A stretch of 64,000 nt of DNA from Candidatus Binatia bacterium (GCA_038245295.1 JBBRSP010000023.1:1-64000), one strand, 5' to 3'. Positions 1 through 9,414 are shown, counted from the first letter of the stretch. Notes: generated by a model not told the origin, from the sequence alone. Program-made: numbers and translations.

Positions 1-130
1 AAGGATGCGGACAGGCGATCTTCGCGCCACGTTCACCGCGCACAGATATTTCGGGCTCGGGCTTTCCAATGGGCGGTTCAGGGAACGCGTTCACCAGAGC
101 CAGGGAAAACGGGATTCTTTCACAAGCTTT

Positions 131-148
131 ACGTCCCCTTTGCGGCAC
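131..148 (+). repeat. REP-like junction motif copy (ACGTCCCCTTTGCGGCAC)
   Basis: Same CGTCCC-N3-TGCG core at 585-600, 675-692 and three times in 4942-4990. Confidence 0.75.
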
Positions 149-152
149 TTTT

Positions 153-574
153 GGTGGGCGGCACGGTGGCAGTCGCGGTTCGGGTCGGCGTGACGGTTGC
201 TTCGCCTTCCGCCAAGGTTCGCGTGAAGGTCGGCGTCGCCGTGAAGACCTGTGTCGCCGTCTCCGTCGGGGAATTCCACGTTCCGGTCGGTGTCGGCGTT
301 GCCACCGCGATCGTCGGTGTCGATGTCGCATCGCCGCAGCCGGGCCCACTGCCGCCGTGGGCACGCGTATCCCACAAGCCCAAGCTGCCGCCCCACTGGC
401 GTGCGTTCCAGCACACCTTGCCGCGGATCGACGCGCTAGCGCGCGCGCCATCAACGACCTCGGATTCTCCCCAGGCGATATTTTCGACCAAACTAAGCGT
501 CACATCTGCTTCCAATTCGGGCATCTCCATTGCGCTCGTACACCGCATCCCTTCGATCGATTGCGAATTGCGAG
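153..574 (+). repeat. ~420-bp direct repeat, copy 1 (copy 2 at 4512-4933)
   Basis: Collinear near-identity at constant offset 4359, read by eye. Confidence 0.95.
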
Positions 575-692
575 AATCGCAACCGCGTCCCGTATGCGGC
601 TCTTCAAAATCCATACTTCCTTCTCGCGTCAGCGCCTTCTTGGTTCCGTCCTACGAATTGCGCGAATCGCCTCTACGTCCCGTTTGCGGCAC
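562..692 (+). repeat. Two ~40-bp imperfect direct repeats (CGAATTGCGnGAATCGC...CGTCCCGTnTGCGGC) at 562-600 and 652-692
   Basis: Direct reading of the sequence. Confidence 0.85.
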
Positions 693-2400
693 CTCTGTCG
701 ATGACGGCGGCCGAAGTAACCTTGCCGGTCTTGCGGGCCACCAGCTCAAGCTCGATAGTCCGCGCATCCATCGGCGGGATTGTATCGATGGCTACTGTCT
801 TGGCATCACTCGCCCCGACGTGTGTTCCGTCGGCCAGCTTGGCGCCGACCAGGGTGGCGCCGCTCACCTGCAACGGGTCCAGGCTCAGAGTGACCAGGTT
901 GGCGGGCGTGGTGGTGCTGCTGTTCTGCACCGTGACGCGCAGCGAGTAGGTCTCGCCGGCTTGCACGACGTCGGGCTGGTTGAAGGTCAAACTCAAGCTC
1001 GGGTGGCGCACCAGCACATTGCCGCGCGCCGTGCCGTGCAGAACCACCGGCGGCTGGCCGTTGCCGAGATCGAGCAGCGCTTCGATCTGGACGACGATCG
1101 AATACGAGCCGAGCTTGCGGCCCTGGACCAGGAACTCGGCCCGGCCCTGTTCGGACGGCGCCAGCTCACTTGCCGGGTGATCCGTGCTCGCCGGCGGCGT
1201 GCTGCGCTGCACATTGGCGCACAGCGCTGGGTCCTCAGCCGTGAGCGCCAGAGGATTGTCGGACGCAAGATCACACAACCCTGAGCCAATCCGGCCGCCA
1301 GCCGTGGCGGCCGGCCACAAGGGATCATCACCGCTGGGGTTGGCAAATTCGCGCACACCGTTGGCACCCAGGGGCAGCTCCAGTTTGGCCGACGCCTTCG
1401 TGATGGTGAGCTTGCCACTCGGAGGTGTGACGTTCGAGAGCAGCAACATCACTTGGAAATACTGATTGAGATAGGCGACGTTGCCAGGGATGACGATGAC
1501 GCCGGGGATCGGCGGGATCTTCCCCACCTCCCCATCGTTGGGCCTCGACAGGATGAACGGCGCAACGTCGAACTCAGCCTTCCCAAGGCCCGGCCCGGCG
1601 CCGAAGGAGCCGAGACCGCTGTTGCTGCCGGGTTCGCTGATCGAGTCGTCTTGTTTGAAGGCGACATCGAGGGAAATCGGCACGGGGGTGGAGTTCGTGG
1701 CGATCGCGAAGCGGAACTCGTAGGCGGTGAAGCTATCACCGTCGAGCAGGATGCCGTGATCGCGGATCTCGTCCATCGACAAGGGGCGCGTATAGAGGTC
1801 GGAGACCGTTATCTGTTCGGGTACATGAATGCTGATCGAGGCTGGATCCGCTTGGCCGAGTGTCGCGCCGTCGGCGTCGATGAGACGGATGTCGTCGACG
1901 ACGTAGTTGCCGGTCCACCGCAGCGGCGGGCTCGGTACGGTGCCCGAGTCGTTGCAGCCGCGGCTCAGGTCAGCGCAACCGTCGCGGCTGGTATCGCTGC
2001 CAAGCTCCAGGGGAGAGCCGACCCGAGCGGCGATCTCCTCGCCGTCGGTCGCCAGGCCCGGCCCGCGCACAACGGCGCGCACGCGGTATTGCGGGAACTC
2101 GGCCGAGACGTCGGCGTCGGCACGCATCAGGCGCGTCGGCAGCTGGTAGGCCGTGTTGCGCGGCACCTCGGGGACGGGGACACCGGGTGGCAGGACAACC
2201 TCGAGGTGCAGGCCGAGGATACGGATGTCGGCGTTGCCGAGGGGTTGTTGGCCTTGGGTGGTAGTGGGGAGGAGCAGGGTTAGCGCACAGACCAGACCAC
2301 ACACCGTAGTTGGTAGTCTACAGCGCGGGGCAGACGATAGGAGAGTACGATCTCCTTTCACCGATCGACAGGCGTCTATTCGTCCACCATCCGTGCGCAT
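673..2400 (-). pseudogene. N-terminal fragment of a giant secreted beta-sandwich-rich protein (probable Rhs/teneurin-like precursor), truncated at the junction motif
   Basis: Signal-peptide-like VCGLVCALTLLLPTTTQG, Ig-like beta-rich sequence; the ORF ends in AANGT*, which is encoded by the repeat motif. Start codon uncertain. Confidence 0.6.
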
Positions 2401-2590
2401 CACTCCCCCAAAATCAACTGGCCTGCGGCTTAGCCGGATTGTGGACGAAGGCACTGCGGCCCAGCCATGAGCCGCTCGGTCTCTCGCCGCCGCAGTTTCT
2501 CCAAAGGTGTAATAGTTCAAACTCCAACACCGATGCCATTGTGCCCGTTGCCGCAGCCATGCCCTTGCATCGACCGAGAATCACAAGACT

Positions 2591-2610
2591 CGCAACCACG
2601 CCCCGTTGCG
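2591..2610 (+). repeat. Degenerate REP-like hairpin CGCAAC-CACGCCCC-GTTGCG
   Basis: Perfect 6-bp stem; resembles the motifs at 578-598 and 4934-4956. Confidence 0.55.
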
Positions 2611-2772
2611 AGCCCGAATTCGCACCCCACCGTATATCCGCGCCTTCGCGCGGCACACAACCAAGCCCCCCCTGCAGCCCCCGTTCGCATGCAATCTAGG
2701 TTCGGTGCTAGCTACCAGCTTCGATGACGTTCCCGCGTTGATGTCGTGCTCAAATCTATTCATTTTGGATTA

Positions 2773-3306
2773 TCACTCATGGCACGCCGACTTAGACTTG
2801 ATCATCTTGACTATGCTATCCCGCTGACTGCGAATTTGATCCGGCGATGCGCAAACATCATCCGGTTTAACATCTGGTGGACGAGAGAGAGTCTCGCCGA
2901 ATCTTTGGGCACATCGCGCGGCAAGCGCTTTGACGTTCAGGCGCAATAAACGGTTCAATAAAACCGGTCCCCGCGCGAGCAATTGGCACGTCGCTTCTTC
3001 AGACAGGTGACCGTCGAGGCGAAATCCCAAGATTTCAACTAAACCGGAGGTCGCTGCATCGCTCCGACCGATGCCAATGATCCCAACTGCTAGATCTAGC
3101 TGCGCGGTTCGATCAATCGCGTCGACACATTTCTCTCGCTGCGCTCTTATTAATATACTCGAGTCGCGAACCATTTCTTCCATGATCACGCGTTTCGCGA
3201 GGTTGACGTATTCCGCCTCGCTAGCATTTGCCGCCTTACCCTCAGCCGACGCGATAAACGCCCAACACATATAACAACCAATCAACAAATGATATAATAC
3301 CCTCAC
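2773..3306 (-). CDS. Putative periplasmic immunity protein for the Tlde1-like toxin
   Basis: Overlaps the toxin stop codon by 4 nt; N-terminal hydrophobic signal ending in ASA; lower GC; paired Cys residues. Confidence 0.7.
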   Translation of the reverse strand: MRVLYHLLIGCYMCWAFIASAEGKAANASEAEYVNLAKRVIMEEMVRDSSILIRAQREKCVDAIDRTAQLDLAVGIIGIGRSDAATSGLVEILGFRLDGHLSEEATCQLLARGPVLLNRLLRLNVKALAARCAQRFGETLSRPPDVKPDDVCASPDQIRSQRDSIVKMIKSKSACHE

Positions 3307-4862
3307 GGTGTCACCCCCAGTGTGCTGCCGGGCTCCATATCTATCAGATTATTGAGGCTTCGGATGTCAGGTACTGTTCCGGCGATGCAGCCTTTTGAAC
3401 AAGGTGGCGTACTGTTAGTAAATGGGTTCAGGCAGCTGTGAGAGCGGAGGCCTTTTCGCCGGGTATTAGTTTCCGGATATGGCTCAAGCACTCGACCGTT
3501 CTTCTTCGCAGTCCAACCTGGCACCCAGTGCCATTTACCCAATGGAATTGGGCCATGGTCTTCGATCGATGTGCAGGCCGGATTATTTTTACACTGCCTA
3601 CCGCCAAGATTATTTCCAGAAACAACCGGGATATCGACGGCGGGGGCCGTAGTAAACATCTGATCGATGGGGGTTTGGCTCACCGTATCACTTGTGCATA
3701 TCAATCTCCCGCCTTGCAAACCCAACGCGCAGGAACCCAACCCTGTTTGATCTGTGCTGTTGAGTGGATCGGCCCCGGCATACAAGAACAAGTTGCCCTG
3801 CGAACCTTGAAATCCAATGGGATCACTACTGGTCCATTTCCCCAACTCCGAATCGTAGTCACGTGCCCCGAAACGCACGAGCCCAGTGTCGGAATCATAC
3901 AGACCACCAGCGTACCCGAACGGCTGAAAGCCAGGGTTCGTGTCGAGCACGACGTTACCCCACTCGTCGTAGTCCATGCGCTGCTCGATGACGCCGGTGC
4001 TGGTATCGATAACGAGCCGCACACTCCCAAGATGATCTGAAATGATGCGATAGCGCGCATTGACGCGCAGGATGTAGTCGGGGACGTTGCCTTTGCTGCC
4101 GTGGACGATGACGCCCGTGACTGCGCTGCTGGCATCCAGCTCGGCCACCGGCAGCAAGCCACCGGCGTAGAGGAATCGCTGCACCGGCTGGCCGTTCTTG
4201 TTCTTGCCGACACGATGATTGGCGGCGTCGATCAGATATGTGATCTGGGTTCCATCGGGCAGGGTGGCGCCGCGCAAGTTGCCGTAGAGGTCATAGCTGT
4301 AGGCGGTTACGCGATTGTCGACTGACGGGTCGCTGGACACCTCGGTCTTCGTCTCTACGGCGCCGTTCACGTAGGTGTATTCGTAGTGGCGCGTGACGCC
4401 GAACGGGTCGACAACGTCCGCCGAGGCGAGTTGGTTGCTTGCGCTGACCACGATGTTCTTACTGACGCCGGAGCCGGCTGAACCGCAGCCGCTGCTGACG
4501 ACTGGGGTGTTCGTGGGTGGCACGGTGGCGGTGTCGGTTGGGGTCGGCGTGAAGGTTGCCTCGCCTTCCGCCAAGGTTCGCGTGAAAGTCGGCGTCGCCG
4601 TGAAGACCTGTGTCGCCGTCTCCGTCGGGGAATTCCACGTTCCGGTCGGTGTCGGCGTTGCCACCGCGATCGTCGGTGTCGATGTCGCATCGCCGCAGCC
4701 GGGCGCACTGCCGCCGTGGGCACGCGTATCCCACAAGCCCAAGCTGCCGCCCCACTGGCGTGCGTTCCAGCACACCTTGCCGCGGATCGACGCGCTAGAG
4801 CGCGCGCCATCAACGACCTCGGATTCTCCCCAGGCAATATTTTCGACCAAACTAAGCGTCAC
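3303..4862 (-). CDS. Orphan Rhs core cassette with C-terminal L,D-transpeptidase-like (Tlde1/DUF2778-like) toxin domain
   Basis: Rhs core (SDHLGSVR, QPFGYAGGLYD, RFGARDYD, DPLNSTDQTGL); C-terminus carries GPIPLG and RSH...SKGCI motifs. No credible native start. Confidence 0.85.
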   Translation of the reverse strand: MTLSLVENIAWGESEVVDGARSSASIRGKVCWNARQWGGSLGLWDTRAHGGSAPGCGDATSTPTIAVATPTPTGTWNSPTETATQVFTATPTFTRTLAEGEATFTPTPTDTATVPPTNTPVVSSGCGSAGSGVSKNIVVSASNQLASADVVDPFGVTRHYEYTYVNGAVETKTEVSSDPSVDNRVTAYSYDLYGNLRGATLPDGTQITYLIDAANHRVGKNKNGQPVQRFLYAGGLLPVAELDASSAVTGVIVHGSKGNVPDYILRVNARYRIISDHLGSVRLVIDTSTGVIEQRMDYDEWGNVVLDTNPGFQPFGYAGGLYDSDTGLVRFGARDYDSELGKWTSSDPIGFQGSQGNLFLYAGADPLNSTDQTGLGSCALGLQGGRLICTSDTVSQTPIDQMFTTAPAVDIPVVSGNNLGGRQCKNNPACTSIEDHGPIPLGKWHWVPGWTAKKNGRVLEPYPETNTRRKGLRSHSCLNPFTNSTPPCSKGCIAGTVPDIRSLNNLIDMEPGSTLGVTP

Positions 4863-4933
4863 ATCTGCTTCCTATTCGGGCATCTCCATTGCGCTTGTAC
4901 ACCGCATCCCTTCGATCGATTGCGAATTGCGAG
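4512..4933 (+). repeat. ~420-bp direct repeat, copy 2
   Basis: Matches 153-574. Confidence 0.95.
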
Positions 4934-4990
4934 TCGCACCCACGTCCCCCTTGCGAGCCGCGTCCCGGTTGCGCCTCCGTCCCCTTTGCG
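4934..4990 (+). repeat. Three tandem copies of the CGTCCC-N3-TGCG motif
   Basis: ACGTCCCCCTTGCG 4942-4955, GCGTCCCGGTTGCG 4960-4973, CCGTCCCCTTTGCG 4977-4990. Confidence 0.8.
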
Positions 4991-5005
4991 AGGCCCGCAG
5001 CATTT

Positions 5006-5911
5006 CTAGCCTGCCCGCCGGGTGCAAGACACCGTTCTTGCCCTCTCAATGAGACTACGGACAGCAACTGCCTGATCGGCTGAGGAAACTTGAAGTGGCA
5101 AACAAGGACAAGCCGACCAACCGCGGGTCCACACTCGACAGCGCACGCCACTCGTGAGCGATATCGAAACACCGGTACGAGCTACCTCGACAGCGTCTAT
5201 ACTTGTAAGTGGTAGCTTCGCCTCCGAGCCAATTTGAACGAACCCGTCCTTAATCTGCGCGATGTCGAATCGCTCACGCCACAACCACAGGCGAAGCACA
5301 ATCGGAAGCACCGGTAAGAACAGCGGTGCCAAGTTTGTTGGTCCGCTGAAGAGCAGCGCTGGTATGCCAGCGAGAAGAAATACGAACCAGAACGGCGGTA
5401 GAAACGCTGCCCAGCGTCGTGATACTGGAATCGCAATTCGGATGCCCGCCGACTCGAGGTAATCTATCAAACGTTCGGTGCATTTTCGCGATCCCTTAAA
5501 AATGACGGGTCTGTGGAGGCCAACACACTGCAAAACGACAAGCGATCCGGCATCAGCTTCTTGGTCGTCGCACCGGGGGATCAGCCACGCCCTGGAAACG
5601 AGATCGCGAGAAAGAATCGTATCCATATCCAGGGACAGGCCAGCGCCTGTTACGGATCCGACTCCTTTCCCGACATAGTACCATCGAGATTGATACAACT
5701 TTGTACCAAGCCCGACGAGCCCTAGCCCTACCACTCCAAACAGCCCACCGGCGTAAGTTACGAATGTGGCCGGCACCAGGATAACGCCCAAGAGGTACAC
5801 GAAGCAGCCGGCGACAACTCGGTAGTATGAAGGGCGCCACACGTCTAATGCGCGAACTTGGTCGGCCATCGACTCGCTCATTTCCATCGATACGCTTCGA
5901 GGGTCTGCCAT
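5006..5911 (-). CDS. Membrane protein, putative immunity protein for the upstream Rhs toxin
   Basis: Directly follows the Rhs stop; two hydrophobic helix pairs, each followed by a beta-rich soluble segment; lower GC. Start uncertain (5935/5911/5887). Confidence 0.65.
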   Translation of the reverse strand: MADPRSVSMEMSESMADQVRALDVWRPSYYRVVAGCFVYLLGVILVPATFVTYAGGLFGVVGLGLVGLGTKLYQSRWYYVGKGVGSVTGAGLSLDMDTILSRDLVSRAWLIPRCDDQEADAGSLVVLQCVGLHRPVIFKGSRKCTERLIDYLESAGIRIAIPVSRRWAAFLPPFWFVFLLAGIPALLFSGPTNLAPLFLPVLPIVLRLWLWRERFDIAQIKDGFVQIGSEAKLPLTSIDAVEVARTGVSISLTSGVRCRVWTRGWSACPCLPLQVSSADQAVAVRSLIERARTVSCTRRAG

Positions 5912-5916
5912 CGACT

Positions 5917-8900
5917 TTACCTTCCTGCGCCGCAAGCGTGGTCAATGTAGGCGCGGAGCTTGTCTGCCTGCTTTGGCCAGGTAAAGTATGTTGCACCACG
6001 TGGGGCAAAGTAGTCGTTGTACCAACTGGCGTTCGGGGCGTCCCCTGTGTGCCGCAGATACACAGAGCCGTTACGCTCGAATGTTTCAAACTTAATCGTG
6101 GCACCAGCTCCGTCAAAGTGCGTTTGGTCCGTTGTGAACACGAACGACGTCGCATCGAGCTCAGTGACTGTGACTCCATTACCGCTCACGCACCCATCGA
6201 ATGGTCCGCGGGGGCCAAGGAGATCGTATGTACTGCCCAGCTTGAGTGGGCCCTGCGGCGCAAACCTTGGCATGAGGCACTGCCATCCGCTGATGTTGGC
6301 GCTTCGGTCGATAACCCAAAATGGGAAAATGGCGTTCGGGTCCCCCTGTAGGGCAGCCATGGTCGAAAACGTGTTTCGACAGGGGGACACCGGACCAATT
6401 TCCTGTTCCTTCACATAGTGATACAGCCCGCTTGGATCGCTAAAATTCCCAGGATCATTCCCAACGTACGTGTAGACATTCCCCTGCCCACCCCCGAACC
6501 CAATCGGATCCCTCGCCGTCCACCGCCCGATCGCCGGATCGTAGTCGCGCGCCCCGAAGCGCACGAGGCCGGTGTCGGGATCGTACAACCCTCCGGCGTA
6601 GCCGAAGGGCTGGAACCCGGGGTTGGTGTCGAGCAGAACGTTGCCCCACTCGTCGTAGTCCATGCGCTGCTCTACCACGCCGGTATTGGTGTTGATGACC
6701 AGGCGCACACTGCCAAGGTGATCGCTGATTAGCCTGTAGGTCGTACTCCCGCGTTTGATGTAATCCGGGACGTTGCCCTTGCTGCCGTAGACGATAACGC
6801 CGGTGACGCTGTTGCTCGCATCCAGTTCGGCCACCGGCAGCAGGCCGCCGGCGTAGAGGAAGCGTTGCACCGGCTGGCCATCCTTGTCCTTCCCGACACG
6901 GTGATTCGCGGCATCGATGAGGTAGGTGATCACGCTGCTGTCCGGCAGAGTGACGCTACGCAGGTTGCCCCACAGATCGTACGAGTACGAGGTTATGAGA
7001 GTGGTGGAGTGTTGGCTGTTCGGCGACTCGACCTTCGTTGCCAGAGCACCGTTCGTGTAGGTGTATTCGTAGTGGTGCGTGACGCCGAAGGGGTCGATGA
7101 CGTCGGCTTTGGTCAGTTGATTGTCGCCGGTCACGACGATGTTGGTCGTCACGCCTGAGCCGCCGGAGCCGCATGATTCTGCATCGACGGTCGCCGTCGC
7201 CGTAGCACTCGCGGTGCGAGTCGGGGTTTTGGTGATTGTGGCGGTGGCGACGGGTGTTTCGGCGGTCGGTGTCGCTGTCGGTGGTGGATCGGTCGCCGTC
7301 GGTGTTGCGGTGAGCGATGGAGCATCGGTTGGCGTCGCCGTTGGGCCGCCCGGCGTCCATGTGACCGTCGCGGTTTGGGATGGCGTCCGCGACGGCGTGT
7401 ACGATCCGGTCGGCGTGCGGCTCGGCCCAGGATCGACGCCGCAGCCGCTGCTGCCGCCGCGGTTGCCGTGGTCATCGTACGTGTGATGCGCCAGCAGCGT
7501 GCTTCCGCTGTAGATGTTCTTCAATCGATTCGCGCCATCGAACTCGTATGTGCGTGACACTGTGCTCTCGAGGTCGCCGGTTGTCGGATCGATGATCTGC
7601 TCGGTCTTGCCAGTGATGCGACCGCTCGCCGCGTCTCTGGTGTAGGTAACCTGGAATACGGTCTGGCCGTCGACCTTCGCGGTGTATCCCCCTGGCTCGC
7701 CAAAGGCGTTGAGGTTGTCATACGTGTCCGTAACCGCGTAGGTGCCGCTCAGGGTCGTGCCTTCGAGAAAGCTGGCATCATTGCTGCGATCGAGCTGCAT
7801 GGCGCCGACTTGCGTGACCACGCCGTCCGGGTCGACCGTGCGACTGATCGTCGTGCCGCCGACGCTCATCGATGTCGCCTGGAACGTGGCGTTGCGCCCG
7901 ATGCCGACACTGCCGGTCACGGGGCCGGTTGTAGTCACAGCGTTCACCGCCGCTCCGCCGTACCCGTAGTCGATTACCCCATCGGGCGTGGTCACTTTGG
8001 TCAAGTGATCGCGGGTATACTGCAACGTCACATCACCAACGCCCGTTAAGTTGCCATGCGCGTCGAAGGTGAGAGCGCCCCACGGGCTCGTGCCACCGTT
8101 TGGAATGCGATCGAGTGAGTAGCTGACGGAGATTTGACCAGCCGGAACCGTATCGGTGAGCTGGTAATCGACCGGGTTGTACGAGGCGCTCTCGTTGTAG
8201 TCCGCATCCTGAGGCGAGCTGACGTTGTCGATGTTGCCGTCGTTGTCGGGCGTGATACCAAACGATTCGCCCGGTGAGGTCACGCTGGTCGGATCGCCTG
8301 CCGTGTCGCGGCCGATGTTGACGCTGCCGAGCGGTCCGGTGATGCTCGACACCGCCGCGCCGGCATATCCAAAGCCGAGTGAGCGGCCGCCCTGGCTGAT
8401 CGAGCTGACGCGGCCGCCGGTGTATCCGATGGCGATAGCTGGCAGGCCGGGAAGCTGGACGCTCTGTGGGCGGCCGGCAGCGTCGGTGGTGGTTTGGATG
8501 GTGCGCCCGCCCGGTGTGGTGGTGGTGATCTGGTTGCCGTCGATGCTGGTGCTGGCGGTGGAGCCGTTGAGAGTCCCCGAGTCGCTGGCACTGGTGATCG
8601 TGCGTGGATCGTCGGGGTCGCCCCACTCGACGTTGTAGGTCCCGGCCGCGGTGATCTGATCCTCGGTTGCGGTCGAGGAGAAGCTTGCGTTGCGGCCGGC
8701 TTCGTAGCTCGATGTGCCGCTACCCGAGCCGCTGGCGCTGCTGAAGGTTGCGGTCGCGTTCTGGCTCGCATCAACCGAGACGCTGCCCAGCACGCGATCG
8801 TCGATGTTGTCGGGGGTTGAGGCATAGCCGAGGTTGATGCGGTCGCGCGTACCGCCCGGCGAGTAGAGATCAATGATGCTGAGCCCGGCCGTGCCGTCGG

Positions 8901-9318
8901 CCACATACAGCAGGCCGCTATCGGGATCGCCCGCGGCGCCGAGGGGCCTGCCACCGGGGGTGAGGATCTTGCCCATCCCATTCGGGATCTCCTCGGCCGC
9001 AAAGAGCTGGTCGCCTACCGGAGCACGGAACTGGACTGAGATGTTCGGGTCGGTGGTGCCGTGGTAGGTGCCGTCGACTTGCTCAGCGTCCAGGTCGAAG
9101 CTGGAGTTTTGCAACTGCACCGCTTGCAAGCCAATCGTCGACATGTTGGCGATGAAGGCGCGTTCGACACCGAGCTGCGCCACCGAATTCGTGCTGTCGT
9201 ACGGCTCGGCCGCCGGACCACAGGCCAGCAGCTTGACGTGGTCGGCGAAACTATTCTCCGTTGCCTTCAACTCGGAGCCTCGAATGTCCGTCTTTCCCCG
9301 CCAAGTCAACCGCGCCAA
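5917..9318 (-). CDS. Rhs/YD-repeat protein, apparently 5'-truncated, with an uncharacterised C-terminal toxin domain
   Basis: YD-type repeats, Rhs core, DPGNFSDPSGL cleavage motif (about 6424-6460), divergent ~170-aa tail; no signal peptide. Confidence 0.9.
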   Translation of the reverse strand: MARLTWRGKTDIRGSELKATENSFADHVKLLACGPAAEPYDSTNSVAQLGVERAFIANMSTIGLQAVQLQNSSFDLDAEQVDGTYHGTTDPNISVQFRAPVGDQLFAAEEIPNGMGKILTPGGRPLGAAGDPDSGLLYVADGTAGLSIIDLYSPGGTRDRINLGYASTPDNIDDRVLGSVSVDASQNATATFSSASGSGSGTSSYEAGRNASFSSTATEDQITAAGTYNVEWGDPDDPRTITSASDSGTLNGSTASTSIDGNQITTTTPGGRTIQTTTDAAGRPQSVQLPGLPAIAIGYTGGRVSSISQGGRSLGFGYAGAAVSSITGPLGSVNIGRDTAGDPTSVTSPGESFGITPDNDGNIDNVSSPQDADYNESASYNPVDYQLTDTVPAGQISVSYSLDRIPNGGTSPWGALTFDAHGNLTGVGDVTLQYTRDHLTKVTTPDGVIDYGYGGAAVNAVTTTGPVTGSVGIGRNATFQATSMSVGGTTISRTVDPDGVVTQVGAMQLDRSNDASFLEGTTLSGTYAVTDTYDNLNAFGEPGGYTAKVDGQTVFQVTYTRDAASGRITGKTEQIIDPTTGDLESTVSRTYEFDGANRLKNIYSGSTLLAHHTYDDHGNRGGSSGCGVDPGPSRTPTGSYTPSRTPSQTATVTWTPGGPTATPTDAPSLTATPTATDPPPTATPTAETPVATATITKTPTRTASATATATVDAESCGSGGSGVTTNIVVTGDNQLTKADVIDPFGVTHHYEYTYTNGALATKVESPNSQHSTTLITSYSYDLWGNLRSVTLPDSSVITYLIDAANHRVGKDKDGQPVQRFLYAGGLLPVAELDASNSVTGVIVYGSKGNVPDYIKRGSTTYRLISDHLGSVRLVINTNTGVVEQRMDYDEWGNVLLDTNPGFQPFGYAGGLYDPDTGLVRFGARDYDPAIGRWTARDPIGFGGGQGNVYTYVGNDPGNFSDPSGLYHYVKEQEIGPVSPCRNTFSTMAALQGDPNAIFPFWVIDRSANISGWQCLMPRFAPQGPLKLGSTYDLLGPRGPFDGCVSGNGVTVTELDATSFVFTTDQTHFDGAGATIKFETFERNGSVYLRHTGDAPNASWYNDYFAPRGATYFTWPKQADKLRAYIDHACGAGR

Positions 9319-9360
9319 GCCTAGTCAAAAGGGCGACAGGGCTGCTTCGTGATCGGAAGT

Positions 9361-9414
9361 GGCGGGGCGATGGAGGACACCCACCAGGGCGGGGCCATGG
9401 AGGACACCCACCAG
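9361..9414 (+). repeat. 27-bp tandem repeat x2 (GGCGGGGCsATGGAGGACACCCACCAG)
   Basis: 9361-9387 and 9388-9414, one mismatch. Confidence 0.95.

Larger units (their letters stand above)
129..614 (-). pseudogene. Rhs cassette remnant (copy of the 5' part of the 3303-4862 cassette, ending inside the Pro/Thr tract)
   Basis: Translation is near-identical to the N-terminus of ORF 3303-4862 (VTLSLVENIAW...GCGDATSTPT...TATVPPT), then stops in the junction motif (..AAKGT*). Confidence 0.7.

Noticed and set aside
151..1284. 377-aa plus-strand ORF (also 4393-5052)
   Set aside because: Antisense shadow of the Pro/Thr tract and Rhs-related ORFs (V/G/A-rich)
153..4933. 420-bp repeat pair as a DGR template/variable repeat
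   Set aside because: Mismatches are not confined to adenines and there is no reverse transcriptase in the window
131..4990. Junction motifs as integron attC sites or CRISPR repeats
   Set aside because: No RYYYAAC/GTTRRRY box pairs recognised, spacing is irregular, and no integrase is present
9361..9414. 27-bp repeats as a CRISPR array
   Set aside because: Only two abutting copies, no spacer, no cas genes
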